From assembly GCA_964016885.1 (NCBI GenBank), contig OZ024741.1:95852001-95916000 (forward strand): a stretch of DNA of 64,000 nt, written 5' to 3'. The position numbers and the translations under genes were made by a program. The DNA comes from Eledone cirrhosa. Taxonomy: Eukaryota. Shown piece after piece: positions 43,179 to 57,218 of the stretch (position 1 is its first letter; each line of letters opens with the position of its first letter). Under the pieces are notes generated by a model. The model did not search any database and was not told the origin of the DNA. It saw nothing but the letters and a program-made list of their open reading frames with translations.

Positions 43179-43735
43179 TATATGAAATATAAGAATCAAA
43201 GAACTGTTCAAAACATTTTTATGCTTACAACTGTTTCCTCCAAACCGAGGTTTGGATTCTTCGGAGCAATTTATTAATGAATGAACAGTTATATGACCTT
43301 CTTTTTACCCAAGAGACATACAGATACATATGCAAATATTGTGGGTCAACATTCATTACAGCATTTAGAGTGGCAGTACACACTTAGAGATTACATTCAT
43401 ATTAAAAGATACAATCAAAAATACAGGTTAAAATACAACATGAAAATAAGCGGTTATATAGTGCAAAGGTTATATGTGTAGCAAGCACGTGCGTCTTGTT
43501 TATATAGTGTGGCAGAGAGTTACGTGTAGTAGACGAACTTAAGTAGGTAAACAAGAGTGTTAGGTTGGTTGATCTGGTGACAAATTCTTTATATGCAAAA
43601 ATACAGGTTAAAAGGAGGTCATATAAGTTTTCATTCATTAATAAATTGCTCCGAAGAATCCAAACCTCGGTTTGGAGGAAACAGTTGTAAGCATAAAAAT
43701 GTTTTGAACAGTTCTTTGATTCTTATATTTCATAT
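43179..43735. mobile_element. Inverted-repeat element with a hammerhead variant in both arms
   Basis: 43647-43693: TGCT-CCGAAGA-ATCCAAACC(tc)GGTTTGGAG-GAAA-CAGTTG-TA^AGCA. Mirror copy at about 43222-43268. Confidence 0.7.
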
Positions 43736-43857
43736 ATATATATATATATGTATGTACAGACACACACACACACATATATATATATGAAAATGTATTACCC
43801 AGTATTGAGTACTCTGGTGCGTTATGGTCCATCTGGTTCCTTACCACTCTTCCTTCG

Positions 43858-43908
<51 letters not shown>

Positions 43909-44037
43909 ATATTAATAAATGGAAACTATATTTATAAAACCATATTTATTTTATTATACATATTTCAAGGGCAACCAAGTATGTCAATATTTCAAGGGCA
44001 ACCGGATATGTCAATATTTATTTATAAAACAAATCTG

Positions 44038-44103
44038 TATTTTATCTGATGAAAGCGCACCACAATTTGCCTTGGTTGCCCTTGAAATATGTATAATAAA
44101 ATA
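44038..44103 (+). ncRNA. Type I hammerhead ribozyme in foldback element 43907-44141
   Basis: TATTTTAT-CTGATGA-AAGCGCACCA...TGGTTGCCCTT-GAAA-TATGTA-TA^ATAAAATA: 8-bp stem I and intact core. Confidence 0.75.
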
Positions 44104-44234
44104 AATATGGTTTTATAAATATAGTTTCCATTTATTAATATGTTGTGTATTTACTCCACTAACTTGTTGAGTGCTTTATATCAGTTATAAAAATGTTTAA
44201 GCTTGTTGAATCCCAACAAATTAAATATAACCTC

Positions 44235-44281
<47 letters not shown>

Positions 44282-44718
44282 GGAGGTGGTAAAAACCAGT
44301 TAGACCATTACTCACCAGAATACTCGACACTTGGGGTTGTAGAGTGGGTAATATGAACAAAATTCAGCTGAGCTCCGGCCGTTTCAACAGCTAGATCTGA
44401 ATTCATTATAAAGTCCATCTCAACCGTCCCATGAACGTGTCGATTATAAAGGGATCGGATCGAGCTGTTAAAACGACCGGAGCTCAGCCGTCGGGGTCCT
44501 GATTTTTTTCATATATATATTTATATATATTTCTTTTTTTTTTTAAAATATAGAAATGGCTTCTAGAGGACTAGAAATTCTTCATTCGAAGGAAATCCTA
44601 TGATTTCGTTCTATTGAAACAGTTTTAGTCCTATAGAAGCCATTTCTAAATTAAAAATTTATACTCTGCTATGTATTGAGTACCTTACTTACTATGGTTA
44701 CCACCGATTAAACCCGGG

Positions 44719-44813
<95 letters not shown>

Positions 44814-44920
44814 GTGTGTTTACAGTATGAGAACCGTGGAGAGAACAGATCAGGCTAGGATTCGACTAGGGAATCAAGACGAAACGGTTGAGCTCGCCGT
44901 TGGGATTCTACTACCACTTC

Positions 44921-44983
<63 letters not shown>

Positions 44984-45349
44984 GTTGTGTATGAATACGT
45001 TTCGGTATTTCGTTCACCCTATCTTTCTCAGTCACGTTTTCCCTCTTGCTCACGCTGTATCCCGATTACTCCGCCCTCTCTCTCTCTTTCTCATTTCTAC
45101 ACCCCTATCTCTCTCTCTTAAACCCTATTTACATTTACTCTTTCTCCCCCTACGCCACTCCCCAGCAACCCACCCAAACTTCCCTTTGTCTCCTCATGTC
45201 TTCCTCACCATGGACCAGTTCTAAATAGAACCTCTTGCTATAACACTCAAAAGAAGTGATTCAAGACGCTGAATTTAAAAGCAGCGCAAGATTTAATTAT
45301 GTTCACCTCCTGAATAAAATGTTGCGCTTAGTCTAACAACCTAGCAAAG

Positions 45350-45950
45350 TGGCAACAACAACAATGCACACACTTTGCATACACACACACACACATGCAC
45401 ACATACACACATGCACACGCACACTCATACACACACGCACGCACATGCACATACACATACACGTACAAACACATGCACACATACACGGACGTATGCACAC
45501 GTACACGCGTACACCGCAAACACATGCTCACACGCACGCACATAAGCACACGCACATACACACACGCACGTATGCTCACGCACACAGATACACACACACA
45601 CACACACAAAACACACGCACACACACACACGCACGCATGCTCACGCACACACACACACACGCACGTACGCTCACGCACACAGATACACACACATACACAC
45701 ACAAAACACACGCACACACACACACACACGCACGTATGCTCACGCACACACACACACGCACATACACACACAAACACATGCATACACATACACATGCACG
45801 TACGCACATGCACACAGATAGACGCACAAACACATGCACGCACACACGCACGCGCGTGTGCACACCCTCACACACATATCCACGCTCATGCACACACATA
45901 CACGCACAAACATGCAAACACGCTCGCACGCACACACATATATGTATGTA
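45350..45950. repeat. Degenerate (CA)/(CG)-rich repeat
   Basis: Direct reading. Confidence 0.9.
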
Positions 45951-46302
45951 TGCATGTATGTTGGTATGCATACTTGTGTGTATGTATTTTTATGTATCCA
46001 TGTATGTGTATGTATACATACAAATACACACTCTCATATATGTAGAATGTTTGTCTGTGTATGTGTGTGTGTGTGTGTTTGAAAAAGGGAGACAGAGAGA
46101 GAGGTGGGGGAGTTGGGGTGAGCTGAAAGAATAGTTGCAAATGAGTGAAAGAGGGAGGAGGAGTTGAAATATTTCGACAGAGTTACGAACAGATAAATCT
46201 ACGAAGACATACGGAGACATACGGAGACATACGGATGCACGACAAGACAGTCAGATAGACGATCAGACAGAAGAATAGAGAAAAGTTGTTGCAGGGTAAT
46301 AA

Positions 46303-46505
46303 ATAAATTGTTTCTACTTTAGGCACAATGCAAGAAAGTTTGGGAGAGGGAGGGTTAGAGAAAGACGATTAAATCGAGCCCAGTGTGTGACTGGTACTTT
46401 ATTTTATCAACCCCGTAAAAATGAAAGGCAAAGTTAACCTTGACGGGATTTGAACCCAGAACATAAAGGGCCGTAACTCTATGCTGCAAAGCATTGTGTG
46501 CGACG
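46303..46505 (-). mobile_element. tRNA-derived SINE copy
   Basis: Matches the family. Confidence 0.75.
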
Positions 46506-46688
46506 CACGTTACTAAATAAACAAATGATGGATTGAATGGAAACTAGAAAGAAACGAGAATGAAATTGAAACAGAAATTTGAAAGAAAAAATCTAAAATA
46601 AAATTAAGAAGAAATGTCGAAAGAAGGAATGAAGGGATGAAAGACACAATGACGAGAATGAAACGTGACAAAATATATAACAACGAAG

Positions 46689-46747
<59 letters not shown>

Positions 46748-47324
46748 AGCGTGAGGGAGAGAGAGGGGGTGAGTTTGTGAGAGCGGGAGAGAGTGAAAGA
46801 GAGAAAGAGAGAGAGGTGAGAGTGGGAGAGAGTGAAAGAGAAAAAGAGAGAGAGGTGAGAGTGGAAGAGTGTGAAAGAGAAAAAGAGAGAGAGAGGTGAG
46901 AATGAGAGAGGAGAGAGTGACAGTAAGAGAGGGAGAGAGAGAGAGAGAGGTGAGTGTGAGAGAAGTGAGCGCGAGAAAGAAGATTAAATAGAGAGACAGA
47001 GTGGTAGATAGCAACAGAGGTGGAGAGAACAGTTTTACGAATGAATTGAAACATAAAATAAATGAAAGCAAAATAAAAAAAAAAGTTAGAGTGTAAAAAC
47101 GAAAGAAAGCAAGAAAAAGGAGTGAGAAATGAAGGAAGAGGAAGTAGGGTATTAGTAAAAAAGAAAAGAAAAAGAGGCAGGAATGAATGAATGAAGAAAA
47201 AATGGACAAATGAAAGATAAATATTTAAGAATTTCACTTTTTATAACTAAAAGAAATACCAATTGCTTGATAGATTGCCAAGTGCTCAAATACATTCTAC
47301 ACACATAGATACATATATACATAG

Positions 47325-47382
<58 letters not shown>

Positions 47383-47434
47383 TAGAAAAGAGAAGTAAGG
47401 TTCTATACAAAACAGTGGATATAGAGAAAAGGTG

Positions 47435-47926
47435 AAGTTGGAAATAGCACGGAAAATATATTTTAGGGTCTGTTTTTCTTTTTTTCCCTTTCTTTTCCTT
47501 TCTTTGATTCGTCAAAGTAACATTATTGAAAAGATAAGAGGGACAATTCTTTAAAAAAAAAGTGTTATAATGTATATAAAGTATATAAAGTATAACCGGT
47601 TTCGATGTATTAGTAAAATCCATCTTATCAAAAGTTGAATATTGCAATTAAAAAGAATTAATAGGATTAATTCCTATTAATTCTTTTTAATTCTTTTTAA
47701 TTGTAATACATTTGATAAGATGAATTTTACTAATACATCGAAACCGGTAATACTTTATATACTTTATATACATTATAAAACTTTTTTTTAAAAGAATTGT
47801 CCCTCTCATTTTTTTCAATAATGTCATATTTTCAACAATGTCACTTTGACGAATCAAAGAAAGGAAAAGAAAGGAAAAAAAAAGAAAAACAGACCCTAAA
47901 ATATATTTTCCGTGCTATTTCCAATT
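47435..47926. repeat. About 490-bp foldback (long inverted repeat) with degenerate hammerhead cores
   Basis: Arms mirror about 47668. 47712-47749 reads TTGATAA-GATG...CATC-GAAA-CCGG-TA. Confidence 0.75.
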
Positions 47927-47928
47927 CC

Positions 47929-48055
<127 letters not shown>

Positions 48056-48075
48056 TGCAACTATACAAACAGCCT

Positions 48076-48139
<64 letters not shown>

Positions 48140-48190
48140 AGGCTGTTTGTATAGTTGCCAGCGCGCAAGCGAATCGGATATTATTATTAA

Positions 48191-51100
48191 CTAACTGACG
48201 TACCCAGCTTCGCCCGGGTAAACAGGTAAGAGAAGACAGGTAAAAGAGAAAATGACTGTATTGGATGTTTGTCTGGTTACAGTATGAGGCGAGTCCGTGG
48301 TGTCTGTGTGATACCAAAAAACAGTAAAAAAATCTTCCAGATATACCAGATACTTCGTTGTACCGTTTGTGCATAGTATATGAATAATTCTAGGTGCTCC
48401 CACCTAGAATAGTGACCTCTAGGAGATGGTTCATCTTCTGCCTGACTGTAAAACGTGTATCATTGCATAGAGATGGTTGTTCCACGTTTCTCAAAAGGAT
48501 GATGGAAGTTCCAATCTTTTATATTATATGTAGATATAGATATAGATAATTAATATAAAAGATGTCCGTCAATGTAAAAAAGGTCCCTATTTACTTGAAA
48601 TGGTTTATACAAATGCCAAATTAATATGGATATGGATAACATGCTTATCTATAAGTGGTCAGCTATAATAATAAAACAACAAATTATATGACACAAAAAT
48701 GTATTCAGTAATTTCCAGACTCTTAGCCACTGAGTAATAGACAGTCAATATTGCCCAGAGTTCAACTCGGGGAGGTGGCCTGGTTTGAACTCCAAATGGC
48801 GGATCCTTCTACTTCGAAAATAGAATCGTTTTTCAATATTACTCTAGCCCTGGCCGGCCATAGGCACCAAACATTTTGCCAGACTCAGCATATGATGAGG
48901 TTTTATTACCACCGCTATCAGAAGCGATAAATTTGAAGGCAATTTGAAGGCAATTTCTACCAATACTTGTTGGTTTTTATTGCTCATTATCGACAATAAA
49001 TGACATTGAACTCTGTCAAAGCTCACAATACTGATCAAAGGACACCAATGTCTGAATCATTTACGTCGAATATTCATAGCAGTGAAGGCAATTTCTACCA
49101 ATACTTGTTGGTATTTATTGCGCAACATAGCAGTGAAAGCCATTTTTACCAATACTTGTTTGTTTTTATTGCTCATAATGACATTAAATAACATTGAACA
49201 TAAATGATAACTCTGTCAAAGCTCACAATACTGATCAAAGGACACCGATGTCCGAATCATTTACGTCGCTTATTGATAGCATTAAAGATATGCATACATC
49301 AGCTCAAAGCTTCATTATAGACAATATTCAGGGTTGTGCCTCTGTTAGTGGTATCAATTGTAAATTTTATACCATCAGGATCGCACACTCGAGATGCAGC
49401 AACATACAGTTGCCCATGGCTGAATGCTGGATCATTCAAGTAGACACCGACTCGCATGAAAGTCTGTCCCTGTGCCTTGTTGACAGTCATGAAGAAGGAC
49501 AAATTGATGGGAAACTGTCTCCTTTGCCAAATGAATGGCAGCAGATCTTCACTTGGTCTCAGCATGATCCTCGGAATGAGAACTGATTCCTCTCTGCCTT
49601 AGAGTTTAGCTTCTAAAACTCTTCTGTTAATCAATCGCTCAACAATCAATCTGGTACCATTGCAAAGACCCATTTTATGATTGATATTTCTAAGCAATAT
49701 AATCGGCATACCCTTTTTCAACCTCAAAATATGTGGGGGAAATATGGGTATTTGAAGTGAATTCAGATACTCAGTCGGAACATCCATATTGTTCTGCTGA
49801 TTAGGCTCCATTGGATCCGCACTGACGGTCAACCATTCCTCTCCAGGAAACATTCCGGCTACTTGCGAATTTATTTCATCGACCGTTGCATTCGTATGAG
49901 TTAGAATAACGCGTTCCGATATCCAGTAGATATTCTGCCAAAAAGCATTCAAATTAGGGAACACCCAGTCAATCAATGCTTGGCAGTCCAGTGGCATGAC
50001 CAAATGGGCTGGGATTCTTACAGTCTGATTATCACCAACGTGTGGCAATTCATCGTTTCCCAACTGCATCAACCATCGGCCGTATGTCTCAGATTCTTCG
50101 TTTGCCCGAACATACGAAGTCGCATATTATTGTGTAATCGCAAAACTCGGAAATGGTGCCACAACGGGGACTTTTTCAGACATGCATCGACAGTTTGCGC
50201 TCTTTGAGCATTCCTAACAATTGGTAGCACCTGTCTGAAGTCGCCACCAAGAACGATAGTCTTACCACCGAATGGCTGGTCACTACCGCAGATATCTCTC
50301 AAAGTTCTGTCCAATGCCTCCAGCAAATATATGTGTGCCATTGGAGCCTCGTCCCAATTAATCAGAGACGTATTGCATATAAAGCTCGCGAGTTCACTTT
50401 GTCCTGTAATGTTACAGACACTCAACTCATCCGGAGCCAATGGAGCCTTGAAGCATGAGTGGAAGGTCCTTCCACCACTGAGCAAAGTGGCAGCGATCCT
50501 ACTGGTGGCCACAGGGAGAGTAATCTTCCTTTGAGCTCTGACTGCCGATAACATAGTGCTGAAACAGAATGTCTTTCCGGTGCCTCCTGGAGCATCTATG
50601 AAAGCACACAGTTGCTAATTAGTGGAAATCGAGTGGAGGACGCCATCGACCAATTCTCTCTGAGATTGGGTCAACATTGGCATACGTTCATCCACAATAC
50701 GTTGCTGTTCCAGTGGATCAAACTGGAATAGTTCCCTCCGAAATGAATGGCAACCGTCTAAGCTGCAATCTCATGTTCAATGCTAAGACACGTTGCTGCA
50801 TTTCTTAATCAGGAATTGGCAAATTGAAATCTGTTAAACATTTGAAATGAACTTCAAGCAGTTGGCCAATGTTGAGCAAAACAATAGCTTTCATCAAATT
50901 TTCATCATCGACTTGAAGATGATGCCTAAAATCATCAGCCATAATTCCGCAATGGCGTTCAAATAACTCTCTTGGATCGGCAGGATGGCAGAATCCTAGA
51001 ATCGTGACAAACAACTGCCTTATTTGAGCTGGCATCTGTGTTGTTCCTGCAGCTTCCATGGCGTTATTCCATTCAGCGTCATCCTGAAGGAGTCCCAGAT

Positions 51101-53937
51101 GCTGACACACAGCCTGGTATGTTTCTTATTCCACGCCATTGATTGTTTTCAAATCAGCGAAGCTCTGTTTATTTCTCGAAAAGTCATTATGCAACAGAAT
51201 TCGGAGATAAAACACATCACCAGATGCTGGATGGACATTACAAACCCTTCCAATAGTCATGAATCTCAACTTTTGTTTTCTATCATTCCATTTCTTTCCC
51301 TTCTTACCCACGTATAGTGCGAAGGGAAATCGCAGTAGAGTTGCCTTTGATCCGGGTTCAAAGCATGTTCCCTATTATGCTTGAACCACTCAGTCAATTC
51401 CGTCTTAGGAGGTGGTGCATTAGCAATTCTTTCGACACCTCTTCTCGTGTCCTGAAAACAGACCATTTACTTATTCTCTAAGTGAACCGTCAGTTTCTGA
51501 TCGCTGGGTTTTCGTTCATTGAGATCAAAATCGAACAATCTCCAGCAAGCTTCGCTAGATCCAATCGAGCGAACATCCTGGAACCTGCCAACTTCATCTT
51601 CTTGGTTCGCTTCCTCATTCCTGACATTGATCATTGCCCGATCATGACATTTGTAAAGATATTTGAATAGATATCTGCAAGCTTTCACTGAGCTACAAAT
51701 TTCCACATTTAATATGACAACGATATTTCATAATCAAATATGGATTGTATGGCACAACCCATTGATTTGTAACCTGTCGACCGTTTACATTTTCGACCAA
51801 ACCGCCATCTGCAGGCGACGTCTTCTGTATGAGGGATGAGCATCCCCATCGTTCCAGGAAGTGTTCGTGACAAAAGATTTCGGAAAGTGCTTACTGCATT
51901 GGCCATTTTTCATGCAAGGCGCTTTCCGATTTGCTACTCCGCATTGGTTGTGCACCATTGACTTTGCCACCAAGTTGCGTAGTGCTTCATTCTCCGGCAG
52001 TTCAGCACACACAAAGCTGTCGACATCCTCAGCATATCTCAATTTGCAATCTCTATGTAAAATGATCAGCAAATGTGCATGTGGCAATCCTCTTTTTTGG
52101 AATTCAATTACGTACGTAAAAGCAACTATACCTCCAAAGATTCCCTCTTTTCCCACATCATCCATTATCTTTTTCAGATATCCTTTGAATACTCTTGCCA
52201 CAATATCAGGACGGTCCTTTGGCTGTTGTCCTGGCAAAAGTGCATCCTTACTATCAGTCCATTCAGGATTGCATGTAACCGTTATAAACAAATCTAGCTT
52301 TCCAAACTTTCTGACAATAGCCATTGCATCCTGATAGCGAATGTTCATATATCTCGGGCCACCGATGAACGACGATGGCAAAATGATACGTCAACTAATT
52401 TGCTTGTAATTGGCATCATCGGCTGTTATCGCATCTTTTATATTATTATACAATGCAGTTCTGATATGTTGCTGATGTGTAGCTATATAATTTAGCCTTT
52501 GATTTTCGATCTTTGCGAATGCCATACAACAGTATTCCTGGAACAATCTGCTGGCTTGAAATAGCACATTTCTCTGTTGATTCCTCTCGTTCAAATGGAA
52601 CGCGTAAAAGTCGCGAATCGATTTATTGTGTCTATTGCCACCTCCCTGTTGATGCTTATTCTCATGATCATCTAAATGAACAGACATGTTCCATCCATTT
52701 TGACCTTTTGGGAATAAAAGAACATAATGCAATGGATCGTATGCTCTATTTGACTCATTGATTGTCTTGAGACCACCATCTCTGCGATTGAGGACGATAT
52801 CTCTCGATCCAGGCTTATCGTCCATCAACACAGCAACTTCACGAAATCCTTCAGGGGCATTATATTGCCGTTTGTGTTGATTGCTTGGCACTGCGTCAGC
52901 CTTAATCACCAATGTTTGCTGCTGAACATTTTGCAGTTCAGTCACCAACATGAAATCCATAACATAAGGATTACACTGTCTAAGCCATGATTGCAAATCA
53001 CGGATCAAATCACTTAACCTTTGCTGTTCAAGTTCAGTTATATTTCCCGGCAACTTCATCCAACCGATCCTGATATCCTCCTCCGATTCACTATAATCTG
53101 GATCGTTAATGTAAATTTGAGCGAATCGAGGCCTCTCTCCGGGGGTAACTTCTAAATTACCGATACAATGATACCAACGGCCTTGAATGACTACATTCGG
53201 TTGCCATGCTCCACTTTCAAACATCTCACTAACTCTCTGCGATGCTAAAGCTAATGAATTGTTAATTTGCCGCGAATATTTGCGCAGTAATCTACCTCAG
53301 TCTCCTTGATCACTCCACATACTTAGTATTTTAAACTCCGGCGACTCCTTATCATCCGGCATTCGCAAGGGTTCTATTTGAACTGCTCCTTTATGACAGC
53401 ACATTGTGGTCCACGTCTTTTCGTGCCTCTAAAGCAATGCTCCACAATGTGGACACTCTTCTCGTCCACCAATCTGAAAATGACACGGTTGCCATGATCC
53501 ATTTTTAATATCATTCGTTCGCCCTTCAAAACTCCCTTCATAACTCTGTGTATGTTAGACTGACAGACAGGCACACAGACAGATAAACTGCGTGGCGATT
53601 GTGGAACGCCACACACATACACGCATGGAAACGCGCAAACGCACGCAAACTTACACACGCACACACTGACACATGTTGATAGTTTTTACTTTCTGTGGAA
53701 CGCTGCACGCACGCACAGACACATAAACATACGCGCACGTACATACACACGCACACATGTTAATAGTTATTGAACACAGCGTTCACACTCTCTCCTCTCA
53801 CTCCCTCATTGGCATTATGCATATTAATTTCAGTTTGGCGTCGTTGAGGTGGGCGGAGTCGTTTGAAACTTATGAACCAATGATAATCGAGAATTATGAC
53901 ACACGGAATACTGACGTTCTTCAAATTAATAAATAGA
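48191..53937 (-). mobile_element. Full-length decayed Helitron
   Basis: 5' TCTATTTATT at 53937. 3' GC hairpin (ACCCGGGCGAAGCTGGGT) followed by TTAG (mutated CTAG) at 48191. Contains RepHel. Confidence 0.9.
49299..53541 (-). pseudogene. Helitron RepHel (HUH Rep + PIF1-family helicase), multiple frameshifts and stops
   Basis: CPHCGA..CC zinc motif. Rep motifs LFITVTCNPEW, VIEFQKRGLPHAH and YLFKYLYK. Helicase motifs FIDAPGGTGKT, WDEAPM, GGDFRQVLP, GLCNGTRL, MTVNKAQGQT and FSHGQLYVAASRV. Confidence 0.95.
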
Positions 53938-54816
53938 CTAGCTGACGTACCCAACTTCGCCCGGATAAACAGATGATGAGAGAAGACAGGTAAAAGAGAA
54001 AATGACTGTATTGGATGTTTGTCTGGTTACAGTATAAGGCGAGTCCGTGGTGTCTGTGTGTTACAAAAAAGAGTAAAAAAATCTTCCAGATATACCAGAT
54101 ATACCAGATTCTTCGTTGTACCGTTTGTGCATAGTAATTGAACAATTCTAGGTGCTCCCACCTAGAATAGTGACCTCTAGTAGATGGTTCATCTTCTGCC
54201 TGTAAAACGTGTATCATTGCATAGACGTGGTTGTTCCACGTTTCTCAAAAGGATGATGGAAGTTCCAATCTTTTATATTATATGTAGATATAGATATAGA
54301 TAATTAATATAACAGATCTCCGTCAATGTAAAAAAAGGTCCCTATTTACTCCCTTCACAACTCTGTGTATGTTAGACTGACAGACAGGCATACAGACAGA
54401 TAAACTGCGTGGCGATTGTGGGATGCCGCACGTACACACACATGCACGCATGGAAACGTGCACACGCACACACTCACGCATGTTGATAGTTTTTACTTTC
54501 TGTGGAACACTGTACGCACGCACACACACATAAACATACGCGCACGTACATACACACGCACACATGTTAATAGTTATTTCTTTCTTTCCCCTCTTATTTC
54601 CACACACACACCTGTCTCTACACTGACACATATACATAGTGTATCCAAACACAGCGTTCACTTTGCCTCTCTCTCCCCTCTCACTCCCTCATTGGCATTA
54701 TGCATATTAATTTAAGTTTGGCGTCGTTGAGGAGGGCGGAGTCATTTGAAACCTATGAACCAATGATAATCGAGAATTATGACGGAATACTGACATTGTT
54801 GAAATGAATATATAGA
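53938..54816 (-). mobile_element. Non-autonomous deletion derivative of the same Helitron
   Basis: CTAG plus hairpin at 53938. The sequence matches 48191-48595 joined to 53531-53937, with 5' TC at 54816. Confidence 0.9.
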
Positions 54817-55077
54817 TATTCGAAAAACTCATTTATTGTAGAGATCATTTTTTTATTTTTATTTTATATGGCAAAGCCGGCCATTAATCGCTCGTATACA
54901 GGAAACTGACAGGCCTGACTGCTGCTATGCAAATCTGGCTGATCAGTGGATCTACTAATATGCAGATCTCACTGATCAGCCAGGCTGCTAATATGCAAAT
55001 CAGGCCGATCAGTCACTGTATATTTTAGAAAATATCATATATTTTCACTAGCTCTGACAATTGGCAGGTGAACAGTG

Positions 55078-55125
55078 AACTGCATTGATGAAAGGTATTA
55101 CCCAGAAACATTAGTGTCTGCAGTT
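55078..55125 (+). ncRNA. Degenerate type I hammerhead
   Basis: AACTGCA-TTGATGA-aaggtattaccca-GAAA-CATTAGTG-TC^TGCAGTT: 7-bp stem I, C3->U, near-palindromic stem III. Confidence 0.6.
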
Positions 55126-55974
55126 TGTTTACATGCCAACACAAGAGCAAGAATGAGGGGCTCATTCTATTGACATGGCTTTAAAAAAGAGGCGGTTTGC
55201 ATAATTGCAAACGAATCGAATATTATTATTAATCTTCGAAAAACTCAGATTACATATATATATATATATATATATATATGCAACGGTACTATGGACATGT
55301 AGTTAGAATGTCTAAGGAAAAAGAGGCAGGACAGATTTTATGATCATTGCCAACCGGAAGAGACCCAGAGTTTGACAACCAGCAAGAAAGTTGAACAGCA
55401 TTTATAAATTCGGTAGATCTTACTTGATCCATCTGGATCATTTGGAGACAGTTACTTCTGATAGGACTCTCTAGAAGGCATGTCTGAGAACTCTTCCCCC
55501 CAACCCTCTGAGGAATATCTGGGTTAAATAGAAGAGAAGAAAGAATAACATAATAGAAAGATGGTACACATCGAAATATCTTCCAATGTTAACTACTCTT
55601 GGTAGAGCTTGCTGCAATTCACCACACGAAAGCTCTCGATCAATGGAATTGAATCGGCATTACTCTTAATACAAAATTTGTCAAAAAAAGGTTTTGTCGT
55701 CTGAAAGATAGAACGCAGGGAAAATAACGACATAAGAAATTAATCAACTTCTGAATAAATATACTTTAAGACATGTACATAGTAATCTTTCTCTCGTTTG
55801 TGCAGAAATAGAAGCTTTCGTCGTATTTTTTTACTGAAGAAACTTCAGTAAAAACATACAGTTTTTGAAATAGTGAGCGAGTTTGAAATTAGAAATAGAA
55901 GCTTTCACTGTATGTTTTTACTAAAGTTTCTTGAGTAAAAAAAATACGACGAAAGTTCTATATATATATAAAGC

Positions 55975-56199
<225 letters not shown>

Positions 56200-56799
56200 C
56201 GAAGGAAATGTGGTAAGGAACCAGATGGACCATAACGCACCAAAGTACTCAATACTTAGGGTAGTAGTCCAGAATTAGCCGTCGAAACGGCTTGAGCTCA
56301 GCCGTCGGAGTCCTACTCGTTCCTATTATATATATATATATATATATACATACATACACACACACATATAAATGTTTGTATACATTATTTTGAGTATATT
56401 AATCTAGTCAGGTAGTCATAAAACTACTTTCAGGAAAACATATATAAATATTGATATATATGTCAGGATAAATAGTTTTATACTGCTATAATATTATAAT
56501 TATATCTCGACCTTTTGCATTAATTCCTTTCAACTCTAATGTATAGGAATGTTTACTGTTGTATAGCCTTTGACAGGCAACAACAATGTCAGCATATATA
56601 CGTTTGATTGATTCGTCTGTAAAAGATTTACGGTATCATGAGGAGAGTGTGTGCTTATAAAAATAGATAGGTGAATATTTAATGAAACAGCTTTATAACT
56701 TTATGACTTTCGGCGTCACAACTAAAATTTCATTGTAAATATTGCATATTTGTAAGAGAGAGATATAGCTGCTTGACTCTATGTCAATATTACAGTGTC

Positions 56800-57218
56800 G
56801 GTTGAGTTGAAATCCCGCTGAGGTTAACTTTGCCTTTCATACTTATGGTGTCGATAAAATAAAGTACTAGTAATGCACTGGGGTCGAATCAATCGACGTT
56901 TTCCTCCCCTAAAATTGTTGCCTTGTGCCTAAATCAGAAACCATTATTTTGATCGAACCCTAGGGTGGTGGATTGGCATTGTACTATTTGTTCTGACTCT
57001 TTACCAAGGTGGTAAATTGGCAGTATCGGTAGAGCGTCAGATAACATGCTTTGCGGCATATAGTTACATTTCTACACATTCTGAGTTCAAATCTCGCCGA
57101 AGTTAGCTTAATCTTTCATCCTCATACGATCGATAAAAAATAGCACAATGTATTGATTTAGTCGACGTTCCCTCCCCCAAAATTACTGGTTTTGTGTCTA
57201 AATCAGAAGCCATTATTC
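56800..57218 (+). mobile_element. Two older tRNA-SINE copies
   Basis: B-box and body matches. Confidence 0.7.

Noticed and set aside
50069-50610. Host PIF1 helicase gene
   Set aside because: Contiguous with HUH Rep motifs, bounded by Helitron termini, and disrupted.
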